Both the position numbers and the translations under genes were made by a program. This document shows positions 1 through 8,220 of a stretch of 64,000 nt of DNA, one piece after another. Source of the DNA: Thermoproteota archaeon (GTDB taxonomy: Archaea > Korarchaeota > Korarchaeia > Korarchaeales > Korarchaeaceae); NCBI GenBank assembly GCA_027491915.1, contig JAOZGC010000001.1, forward strand, positions 96,001 through 160,000. The letters are read 5' to 3'. The notes beneath the pieces were generated by a model. That model worked only from the letters and a program-made list of their open reading frames with translations. It was not told the origin of the DNA and made no database searches. Every line of letters starts with the position of its first letter. The stretch's first letter is position 1.

Positions 1-107
1 AGGTCCTCAGGAGGAGGCTCTCCGCGGGGGAGGACGTGTCTGAGGAGCTGGACGAAGTGGAGCGCCGGGTGGAGTCGATAGGTCGATCCGTGAAGGCAAA
101 GGTGTGA
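1..107 (+). CDS. 3' end of a gene truncated by the window edge; coiled-coil-like C-terminus
   Basis: Open frame 3..107 reads VLRRRLSAGEDVSEELDEVERRVESIGRSVKAKV* with codon usage like neighbouring genes. Confidence 0.6.
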   Translation, partial: VLRRRLSAGEDVSEELDEVERRVESIGRSVKAKV

Positions 108-164
108 GCCAACATTCTTAAGGGTGCGGGGGCCGGCGGCGACCGTCGACGGGGGCCTCGGGAG

Positions 165-1358
165 ATGAGATGGTTCGGGGTCGGTCTGGGGGGCGCGGGC
201 GGCGCCATAATGGACGCCACATATGAAGTCTTCTCCTCGAGGTCCCCGGAGGGCCTCATAGGGGCCGTCGTCTTCAACACGGCCGAGTCGGACAGGGCCA
301 AGCTCAGGCACCTCAAGGAGTCCTTCTACCTGTTCGGAGAGTTCGGGGGGGCCGGAGTCGGCGCCCGGTGGAAGGACTCCATGAGGGCCATGGGATCCCC
401 GGAAGCCAAAGAGATGGTCAGGTCGGTGCTCGAGCGGAGGGGGATCTCAGGGGCCACGGGGGTGCTCCTGTCGACCGCCCTCGGGGGAGGGACGGGAAGC
501 GGATCGACCCCCCTGGTGGCCAGGTACGTCAGGGAGATCCTGGGCGGAGAATCCTCCGTCCAGCCTATAGTCTCGGTGGGGGTCCTCCCCTTCAGGTACC
601 CCCGGGAGTCCATGAGGTTCGCCTACAACAGCGCCGTGTCTCTCTCCAACCTCCTCTCCCCGACCGACTCGGTCTTCCTGTTGGACAACGACGTGGTCTG
701 GAATAGGGTGGTTTCAGATGAACCGAACCTCAGCGACGAGGAGGCGCTTCAGAGGATAAACAGGCTGGCCGGACTGTTCCTGAGGGCCATATCCGTCGCC
801 TCCTCCAACCCAATGATGGGCGGCTTCAAGACCACCCTCGACTCCCAGGACCTCAGGTCGATGGTGAGGTTCTTCGAGGCCTCCATATGCGTCCCGTGCT
901 ACGCCTCCGTCAGGGTGGAGGCGGTTGAGGGGTCCCTGGAGTTCCTGATGGAGCTGGCCCTGGGGGAGGGCTGCTTCGCCGAGGTGGAGCCCAAGACCGC
1001 CCTGAAGGCGGCCTTCGTCATAAGGGGGCCGGAGAGGTACCTGAACGTCAACTCCCTCTTCGAGGCCAAGAGGGTCCTGGCCGAGAGGATAGCGGGCATA
1101 GACGTCAGGGAGGGGCTGGCCGCGGCGCCGGAGGATGAGAAGAGATTCGAGATCTCCGTGCTGCTCGTGGAGCCCAGGGTCCCGAGGATAGATGAGATAC
1201 TCGAGCAGGCGGAGCTCTACTACAACGTCCACGAGGACGAGTTGACCAAGATGGAGGACACCCCAAGGGACGAGTTCGAGGGATACCTGGAGAGGCTGAG
1301 GTCCCACCTGGAGAAGGCCGAGGAGTCCAGGAGGGGATTGGAGGCTGGGTCGGGCTGA
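165..1358 (+). CDS. Tubulin/FtsZ-family GTPase (CetZ/FtsZ-like, divergent)
   Basis: N-terminal GLGGAGG, FNT, GVG, signature GGGTGSG, LPF, DN, T7-like LDSQDL; helical acidic C-terminus. Confidence 0.9.
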   Translation: MRWFGVGLGGAGGAIMDATYEVFSSRSPEGLIGAVVFNTAESDRAKLRHLKESFYLFGEFGGAGVGARWKDSMRAMGSPEAKEMVRSVLERRGISGATGVLLSTALGGGTGSGSTPLVARYVREILGGESSVQPIVSVGVLPFRYPRESMRFAYNSAVSLSNLLSPTDSVFLLDNDVVWNRVVSDEPNLSDEEALQRINRLAGLFLRAISVASSNPMMGGFKTTLDSQDLRSMVRFFEASICVPCYASVRVEAVEGSLEFLMELALGEGCFAEVEPKTALKAAFVIRGPERYLNVNSLFEAKRVLAERIAGIDVREGLAAAPEDEKRFEISVLLVEPRVPRIDEILEQAELYYNVHEDELTKMEDTPRDEFEGYLERLRSHLEKAEESRRGLEAGSG

Positions 1359-1417
1359 GCCCGGAAGTCCCATCGTATATTTTTTTAACTATCGCCGCCG
1401 CCCGCCGCGGTGGTCCC

Positions 1418-2884
1418 GTGTCCGACCTGGAGAGGTTCTTCTCCCCGAGATCGATAGCCGTGATAGGGGCTTCCAGGGATCCCGGGTCGGTTGGTCACGA
1501 GCTCCTGAGGATACTGGCGGAGAACAGGCTGAGGGGGGGATTTGATTGGAGGCTCTACGCAGTGAACCCCAGGGCCGACTCCGACATACTGGGGGTGCCC
1601 ACCTACAGATCCGTCAACGAAGTCCCCGGGGACGTCGACCTTGGCGTGATAGTGACCCCGGCCAGGTACGTGCCGTCTATAGTTGAAGAGTGCGGGCTCA
1701 GGGGAATAAAGAACCTCATAGTGATAAGCGGGGGCTTCGCCGAGGTGGGAGAGGAGGGTAAGAGGCTTCAGGACGCCCTGATCCGGGCGGCCAGGCGGAG
1801 GGGAATGAGGATCCTAGGTCCGAACTGCGTCGGGGTGGTGGTCCCCAGGACCGGGGTGGACACGGCCTTCCTCCCGGTCGAGAAGCCCTTCGGAGACGGG
1901 AGCCTGGAATCCCTCCCCCGACCGCCCCCCGGGAACATATCCCTCATATCCCAGTCGGGCGCCTTCGGCGTGGCATGCCTGGACTACATGGCGGGTGAGG
2001 GTCTGGGGCTGGCCAAGTTCGTCAGCTACGGAAACAAGGCGGACGTGGACGAGGTGGACCTGATAGGGTACCTGGCCGACGATCCCGAGACCCGGGTGAT
2101 AATAGTCTACGCCGAATCCATAGAGAGGGGGAGGGAGTTCTTGGAGGCCGTCCGGAGGGCGGTGGCCAAGAAACCGGTGGTCGTGCTCAAGGCGGGGAGG
2201 ACGTCGGCCGGGGCGAGGGCCGCAAGCTCCCACACGGCCGCCCTCGCCGGATCCGACGAGGTGTACGAGGCGGCCCTGAGGCAGGCCGGCGCCATCAGGG
2301 TATACGAGGTCGAGGAACTGTTCGACGCGACCAAGGCCCTCTCCATGCAGCCGCCGGCCCGGGGGAGGAGGGTGGCAGTCCTCACAGACGGCGGGGGGGC
2401 CGGCGTGATGGCCACGGACGAGTTGGAGTCCAGAGGGGCATCCGTTCCGAGACTATCCGGGCGGACCCTGGCCGAGCTCGAGAGGATGAGGGAGGAGGGG
2501 GAGATCCCGCCCATATCCGGCATATCCAACCCGGTCGACCTGACCGGCAGCGCCACGGACGAGCACTTCGTCAGATCACTCGAGGTCCTACTGGGGGATC
2601 CCGGGATAGACGGCGTGGTGGTGCTCGCCCTCCACCACGTCCCTGGGGTCACGGACGAACTTCCCTCCAAGCTCGCCCGGGTCGCGGCCGACGGGGGGAA
2701 GCCCGTGGTCGCCTGCGACATAGGACAGGGGAGTTATTCGGTCGCCTTCAGGGACCTGTTCGACCGCGCCGGGATACCCGCCTACCCGACCCCTGAGAGG
2801 GCCGCCAGGGCCATGGTGCACCTGATACGCTACGGGGAGGCCCTGGCCAGGGTCTCCCCCCTCAGGTCCTCACCGACGCCCTAG
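1418..2884 (+). CDS. acdA: ADP-forming acetate/acyl-CoA ligase alpha subunit
   Basis: FFSPRSIAVIGAS CoA-binding domain, GPNCVG, SQSGA, phospho-His SHTAALAG, NPVDLTGSA. Confidence 0.92.
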   Translation: MSDLERFFSPRSIAVIGASRDPGSVGHELLRILAENRLRGGFDWRLYAVNPRADSDILGVPTYRSVNEVPGDVDLGVIVTPARYVPSIVEECGLRGIKNLIVISGGFAEVGEEGKRLQDALIRAARRRGMRILGPNCVGVVVPRTGVDTAFLPVEKPFGDGSLESLPRPPPGNISLISQSGAFGVACLDYMAGEGLGLAKFVSYGNKADVDEVDLIGYLADDPETRVIIVYAESIERGREFLEAVRRAVAKKPVVVLKAGRTSAGARAASSHTAALAGSDEVYEAALRQAGAIRVYEVEELFDATKALSMQPPARGRRVAVLTDGGGAGVMATDELESRGASVPRLSGRTLAELERMREEGEIPPISGISNPVDLTGSATDEHFVRSLEVLLGDPGIDGVVVLALHHVPGVTDELPSKLARVAADGGKPVVACDIGQGSYSVAFRDLFDRAGIPAYPTPERAARAMVHLIRYGEALARVSPLRSSPTP

Positions 2885-3521
2885 GCCTCCTCGTCACCGC
2901 CAGGAAGTCGATCTCCATTGGAGCCCCTCTGGGAAGGTTGGTCACCTCGACCAACGTGCGGGCTGGCCTGTATGTGGGGTAGTAGGCCTCGAATATGGAG
3001 TTTATCGGGATTATGTACTTCAGGTCCCTGACGTAGACCGTGACCCTCACCACGTCCTCCAGCGAGGACCCGGACACCCTGAGTATCTCCTTGGCCGACT
3101 CGAACACCAGCCTGGTGGCCTCCCTGATGTCCTCGGATATTATCTCCCCGGTCTCTGGATCTATCGGAATGAGCCCGGACACGAAGACGAAGGGACCGGC
3201 CACGACCGCGTGGCTGTACGGGCCGAGCGTCCCCGGGAGCTTGGCAGCCACCACCGGCTCCCTCTCCATCTTTACGAGGGGCCTCTCCGGCCTGACCAGG
3301 GCGAGCCCCAGGGTTCCCCCAACCCCCATTATCAGGAGGGCGCCGACCGTCCACACTATGAGGACCCAGGCCAGATAGTAGGTGTCTATGCGGCCTCGGA
3401 TTAGCTCGCTGGTGAAGAGCACGTAGATTATCATGGCCGCCGACCAGATGGCTATCAGGGAGTAGGTGAGCCTCTCGAGCCACTCAACCTGATAGGGCTT
3501 TGCCTCCTGCTGGACGGACAG
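2862..3521 (-). CDS. RidA/YjgF family enamine deaminase fused to two N-terminal transmembrane helices
   Basis: GPYS, FVSG, RPAR and EID RidA motifs. The frame stays open upstream of ATG 3434 to CTG 3521, which follows an SD-like GGGGTGA. Confidence 0.8.
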   Translation of the reverse strand: MSVQQEAKPYQVEWLERLTYSLIAIWSAAMIIYVLFTSELIRGRIDTYYLAWVLIVWTVGALLIMGVGGTLGLALVRPERPLVKMEREPVVAAKLPGTLGPYSHAVVAGPFVFVSGLIPIDPETGEIISEDIREATRLVFESAKEILRVSGSSLEDVVRVTVYVRDLKYIIPINSIFEAYYPTYRPARTLVEVTNLPRGAPMEIDFLAVTRRPRASVRT

Positions 3522-3584
3522 AGCTGTTCACCCCTCCCCGACCGGGGGACAATCAATAAAATAGGTTTCCAGCCCAGCCGACGA

Positions 3585-3914
3585 TCACTCGATCTCTATC
3601 CTGTCCTCCTCTATCCCCCAATCCTCGACCAGCATCTTCTTGACCTTGGACCTCTGATCACCCTGGAGGAGTATGTAGCCGTCCTTGTAGGTTCCCCCGC
3701 AGGCCAGCTTGGTCTTCATGTCCTTCACCATCCTCTTCATCATATCTTTTGGAAATGATAATCCTTCTATTATCGTAACATACTTGTGCCTTCTTCTCTC
3801 AACCTTTATACGGACAATCTGTTGCTCCTTCTCTATTTCCTCCCATGCCAGCAGTTCTATTGGAAGCCCCGTGATCGGATCCCTCAGCCTCTCCTCCTGG
3901 GGTATCTTGTCCAT
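3585..3914 (-). CDS. Translation initiation factor SUI1 (aIF1/YciH)
   Basis: VTIIEG, KTKLACGGT, LQGDQR. Confidence 0.95.
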   Translation of the reverse strand: MDKIPQEERLRDPITGLPIELLAWEEIEKEQQIVRIKVERRRHKYVTIIEGLSFPKDMMKRMVKDMKTKLACGGTYKDGYILLQGDQRSKVKKMLVEDWGIEEDRIEIE

Positions 3915-4020
3915 GCCCAGACGTCGGGGGACGCCTAAGATTTAAGGCTATCCGTTGGACCGAGGCCGGGCCCACGCCTCTACATTATTATACAAACCCT
4001 CCCCGGCCCGATGATGCCCG

Positions 4021-4641
4021 TTGGCCGCGGTCAGACCACAGTTAGTGCTGCTGATACAGCCCCTCGTTGACCCCCTGACGGGCAGGGAGGTCCCCCCCTG
4101 GCTCCTGTCTGAGGTTGAGAGGTCGGCGGTCGACCACCTCCCCCCCGCCAGGGTGATCAGGCTCCCGGTGCTGCCCATGCCGAGGTCGGCGTTCGTCGCC
4201 GACAGGGGGCAGTACCTGTCCAGCCTCCTGCTCAATTACGTCGGGAGGAGGCTGTGGGAGCTGAACGGCGAAGAGGACCTCGTTATGGGGAGGCTGGCGG
4301 GCCACCCCAGATCCAGGCTTATCGCGCTGGCCCCCGCCGACGCCTTCGAGAGGGGGCTCAACTTCGTGTTCGGCCAGGCCGAGCTGGGGGGTCCCGCCGG
4401 GGTGGTCTACCTGGACAGGCTGAGGGGCGACCCGGAGACCTGGACCTCCAGGGTGGTCAAGGAGGTCCTCCACGAGCTGGGGCACACCCTGGGGCTGGGT
4501 CACTGCGAGAACCCCAGGTGCGTCATGAGCTTCAGCAATTCCGTGCGCGAGGTGGACCTGAAGGGGCCCGGATACTGTGATGGGTGCTTCCGGGCGATCA
4601 CCTCCGCCCTGGCTCCCCTACCCCCCCTAATCTTGGAGTAG
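4021..4641 (+). CDS. amzA: Archaemetzincin zinc protease
   Basis: NFVFG, HELGHTLGLGHC, CVMSFSNS, VDxK, CxxC. Confidence 0.93.
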   Translation: MAAVRPQLVLLIQPLVDPLTGREVPPWLLSEVERSAVDHLPPARVIRLPVLPMPRSAFVADRGQYLSSLLLNYVGRRLWELNGEEDLVMGRLAGHPRSRLIALAPADAFERGLNFVFGQAELGGPAGVVYLDRLRGDPETWTSRVVKEVLHELGHTLGLGHCENPRCVMSFSNSVREVDLKGPGYCDGCFRAITSALAPLPPLILE

Positions 4642-6511
4642 CCCGGCGCCTCCTGGCCTCACCCCCCCTGCCACCCCTGCCGGCGGCCCCCCGGGGTCGC
4701 CTCGACCCGCCGCCTACCCTCTCCTCCCTCCCCCTTCTCCTCCTGACGAGGACCGAGGCGTACCCTCCGACGGCCAGGGCGGATGCCGCCGCTATGAGGT
4801 GGGCTGAACCAACCCTGTATCCCCCGAGATAGGCCACCAGATCGAATCGGAACCTCAGCGTCCTGACAGACCCACCCCTGAGTATGACGTCGTCGCTCTC
4901 GACTTCCCGGCCGACCCCAACCCTGACCTCGTAGGCTCCCTCTGGAACCTCTATGGTCCAAGAACCGTCCGGGCCGGTGACGCCCACCTCCGACTCGCCC
5001 GAGAGGTCTGTTATCGAGATCTCGGCCCCCGGTATCGGCTGACCGAGGGCGCCCACGACCTCCACCCTGAGGGTCGACGGTGCGGGGACCTCCACCGAGA
5101 TGGGGCCGACCTCCACCCTCCTCTCGACCCCGGTGGGATCCAAGTACGACGCCTCGATAGAAAGGTTGTTCTCCCCCTCCGACAGCGACAGCGAGAAGAT
5201 CCCGCTCGCTGATTCTCCGGGACCCAGCGAGTCGACCTGGATCGGAACCCCGCCGACGACCTCAACTCCCCCAGATCCCTCCACCCAGGCCGATAACTCG
5301 GCTGCCGTCCCGTTTCCCACGTTGGTAACCGTCAGGTTGACGCGGGCTGGCTTCCCGGGGATCACCCAACCCTCCGGGATTACGGAGGCTGTCAGGTTCA
5401 CCCCATAACTACAACCCTTCAACCTGGATGCCAGGCTCTCCAGCTGCCAGCTCAGGGGGGAGCCCGACGAGAGGTTGGCCACTAGCCAGTCTGGGTCGGT
5501 TCCCATCGCAGAGTCGACCCAGGGGCCGGCCCCCTGTGGAACAACCGGTACCCAGGCCATCGTCCTCCCCTCCACGGCCGAGGCCGCGGCCAGGGCCGTG
5601 GCCCCCTCCCGGTACCCGCCGGGATCCCCAGGGAGGTACACCAGGCCGTCGAAATTCCTGAGGAGACCCACGGGCGGAACCTCGCCGTCGGACCAAAGCA
5701 GGATCGCCAGGGGCCACCCGCCCGATCTGAGTAGGTCCGCAGCCTCTCCGTAGATAGCCGGGCCGATCTCCGGGGAGTACACCAGGAAGATCACGTCCCT
5801 CCCCGCGAGTTTCAGGCCCCCGAGGGAGACGACGTCCGCCGAAGCCGACACCACGGCGGAGGCTATGTCCTGCGGCTGATCCGATTCCGGGAAAACGACC
5901 GGCACCACCGGGGCGGTCGTCCCTTCCCCGCCGGTCACGGGGCTCCTGACCGCCACCCCGTCCACCGCGCCCGGCGCCGCCCTGGGGGGCGAGGGGCCGT
6001 CGGCCGAGTAGAAGATGAGCATCCTACCCCCCGGCCTCTCCCTCTCTATCGAGGTCTCCGAGTCCATCGCAGGGGCCGGTATCCTTATCTTACCCTCCAT
6101 CTCCCCGGGGGATTGGAAGTCCCTCACCCCGAGGACCGTCCCGTTCTCCCCCGGGGCCACCACCTCGACGGACAGGCGGCCGCCGGACTTCCAGATCTCG
6201 AACTCTACGGTATCGTTCTCCAGTTCTCCAAGGACGACGCTGATGTTGGCGGAGAAGACGCCGCCGAAATCCCCCGAGAAACCGTCCTCTCCCCTCCTCA
6301 CGAGCTCGCAATCGTCGCACGAGAAGGCCAGCAGGCGGGCTCCCCTGATCTCCATCGAGAAGTGGACGGAGCTCCCCTCCACCCTGATCACCGCCAGGTG
6401 CAGGCTCGCCCCGCCGCCCTCGGCGTGACACGAGCGGACCAAGGTGACGGTCATCAGGAGGACGAGGGCGAGCCTCGCCGCCGCTGCCCCCGCGCCGCCT
6501 TTCCTAACCAT
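4598..6511 (-). CDS. Secreted, C-terminally anchored surface protein (possible alpha/beta barrel, CARDB/Ig domain, carboxypeptidase-regulatory-like domain)
   Basis: Signal peptide, TVTNVGNGTA, GQPIPGAEISI...TGPDG, C-terminal TM and basic tail, many NxS/T sequons. Confidence 0.7.
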   Translation of the reverse strand: MVRKGGAGAAAARLALVLLMTVTLVRSCHAEGGGASLHLAVIRVEGSSVHFSMEIRGARLLAFSCDDCELVRRGEDGFSGDFGGVFSANISVVLGELENDTVEFEIWKSGGRLSVEVVAPGENGTVLGVRDFQSPGEMEGKIRIPAPAMDSETSIERERPGGRMLIFYSADGPSPPRAAPGAVDGVAVRSPVTGGEGTTAPVVPVVFPESDQPQDIASAVVSASADVVSLGGLKLAGRDVIFLVYSPEIGPAIYGEAADLLRSGGWPLAILLWSDGEVPPVGLLRNFDGLVYLPGDPGGYREGATALAAASAVEGRTMAWVPVVPQGAGPWVDSAMGTDPDWLVANLSSGSPLSWQLESLASRLKGCSYGVNLTASVIPEGWVIPGKPARVNLTVTNVGNGTAAELSAWVEGSGGVEVVGGVPIQVDSLGPGESASGIFSLSLSEGENNLSIEASYLDPTGVERRVEVGPISVEVPAPSTLRVEVVGALGQPIPGAEISITDLSGESEVGVTGPDGSWTIEVPEGAYEVRVGVGREVESDDVILRGGSVRTLRFRFDLVAYLGGYRVGSAHLIAAASALAVGGYASVLVRRRRGREERVGGGSRRPRGAAGRGGRGGEARRRRATPRLGGVGEPGRR

Positions 6512-7097
6512 AGGAGCCCCCCCTGGCCAGGCGCGCGGCCCCCTTCAGGTCCTCCTCCAGCAGGGGCCTGAGTCCCGGATTGTAGATCGCTGCGGCCGGG
6601 TGGATGGTGGGGATCACCGATACATCCACGCCCCCCACCCTCCCCCTCAGGACCCTCCCCCTGAATCTGAGGATCGAGTCTAGCCTGACCCCCACCTGGG
6701 AGGCCAGGAACCTGGAGCTGTGCCTTCCCAGGGCCACTATCACCCTCGGGCCTATCGCCCTCACCTGCTCCAGCAGGAAGCGCGAGCACGCCCTAACCTC
6801 CCCGGGGGAGGGGTCCCTGTTGCCCGGCGGCCTGCACTTCACCAGGTTGGTTATGAAGACTTCTCCCCTCGACAGGCCGGCCCCCCTGAGGGCCAACTCC
6901 AACACCTTGCCGGCCGCCCCGACGAAGGGACGACCCGACTCGTCCTCCCTCCTCCCCGGCGCCTCGCCCACCAGCATTATCTCTGCGGCCGGGTCGCCCT
7001 CTCCTGGGACAGGGTTCTTCCTCTCCCTCCAGAGGTCGCAGGCCCGACACCTGAGGATCTGCAGGCCTATCTCCTCCAGCCTCCCCCGGGATCCCAC
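6504..7097 (-). CDS. udg: Family 4 uracil-DNA glycosylase (4Fe-4S)
   Basis: CxxC, GEAPG, GRPFVG, KCRPPGNRDP, HPAA. Confidence 0.96.
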   Translation of the reverse strand: MGSRGRLEEIGLQILRCRACDLWRERKNPVPGEGDPAAEIMLVGEAPGRREDESGRPFVGAAGKVLELALRGAGLSRGEVFITNLVKCRPPGNRDPSPGEVRACSRFLLEQVRAIGPRVIVALGRHSSRFLASQVGVRLDSILRFRGRVLRGRVGGVDVSVIPTIHPAAAIYNPGLRPLLEEDLKGAARLARGGSYG

Positions 7098-7148
7098 AGG
7101 ATCGGCTGGCGGGGGCGGATAAATAATCCTTCTCCGCCTGGGATCGAG

Positions 7149-7934
7149 ATGAGGACCGCCGGTTGGGGAGAGGTCCTAAGGATGCTCAGATCGGCGGATC
7201 TCGTGTTGGAGGTGGTCGACGCCCGCGCCCCCGAGATCACGAGGAGTCGGAGGCTGGAGCGGATGGCAGAATCCAGGGGCAGGCCGGTAGTAATCGTCCT
7301 GAACAAGTCAGACTTGGTTCCGGACGACGTGTCCCTCCGGTGGGCGCGCGAGTTCTCCCTCGAGGGGGTGCCCACCCTCAGGACGAGCGCGACGAGGAGG
7401 ATGGGCACCCTCCTCCTGAGGAGGAGGTTGGAGGATCTCCTCCCGAAACCCTCAACGGTCCTGGTGGCCGGATACCCGAAGGTTGGCAAGAGCTCCCTCA
7501 TCAACGTCCTGAAGGGGAGGCATTCCGCCCGGACGAGCTCGGTTCCCGGGAATCCCGGGTACACCAGGCACTTCCAGAGGTACAGGATCTCCAAGGGGAT
7601 CTCCCTGTTGGACTCCCCCGGAATACTCCCCCCGGGAGGGAGGCCCGTCGAGATCTTCCTCAGGGGGGCCAGCCCCGAGGAGGTCCCCAATCCTGTGGAG
7701 GTCGCGGCCGACTTCATAAGGGTCGCGTCCTCCGTCTGCCCGGGGGCCCTCTCCCCATACGGGGCGGGGTCAGGCGACCCCCTGAAGGTCTTGGAGGCCA
7801 TCGCGATTAGGAGGGGGCTGAGATACGACGACGGCGAGCCCAATCTGGAGGAGGCCGCCAGGTTGGTCATGAGGGACTACCACAGGGGGAGGATACCCTT
7901 CTACATCCCCCCGGGACTGAGGGAGCTGCCTTGA
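7149..7934 (+). CDS. Circularly permuted YlqF/RbgA-family ribosome biogenesis GTPase
   Basis: DAR, NKSD (G4), GYPKVGKSS (G1), PGYT (G2), DSPG (G3). ATG 7149 lies 22 nt after the AT-rich box. Confidence 0.92.
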   Translation: MRTAGWGEVLRMLRSADLVLEVVDARAPEITRSRRLERMAESRGRPVVIVLNKSDLVPDDVSLRWAREFSLEGVPTLRTSATRRMGTLLLRRRLEDLLPKPSTVLVAGYPKVGKSSLINVLKGRHSARTSSVPGNPGYTRHFQRYRISKGISLLDSPGILPPGGRPVEIFLRGASPEEVPNPVEVAADFIRVASSVCPGALSPYGAGSGDPLKVLEAIAIRRGLRYDDGEPNLEEAARLVMRDYHRGRIPFYIPPGLRELP

Positions 7935-8220
7935 TGAAATAGACGGGGCCTCCGATCGCGACGTCCCGCGCCCCCGGATCGTGGCCGACCGCCCGGCGAG
8001 GGAGGGGGGCCGTGCCGGGAGGGCCCTCGTCTAATCTGGGAGAGGTAGACCGCCCGAGAAATTCTCTCGACTTGAATCCCCCTATCATCCCCCTTAAGGG
8101 GGAGGAACGGGCAGAAGGGGCCTTCTACCCGTGGAGGCCAGCCTCTGAGTTCGCTGGCTCGTCCCTCTCCACAAACCCTTCCCCTCCCCCCACCAACCCC
8201 AACCTCCCCTCGTCGGCCCA

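Noticed and set aside
6720-7148. Long N-terminal extensions given for the GTPase (also for acdA at 10898, GGR at 52236, ttuA at 56912)
   Set aside because: They overlap neighbouring genes or promoters; downstream starts match family N-termini
7931-7980. Possible second C/D sRNA starting at TTGATGA
   Set aside because: No convincing C' or CTGA D box and no rRNA complement recognised; TGA is the GTPase stop. Kept only as part of the structured-gap finding
7935-8220. SRP RNA, RNase P RNA or 5S rRNA
   Set aside because: Size fits SRP, but the helix-8 motif, P4 consensus and 5S motifs are not present on either strand
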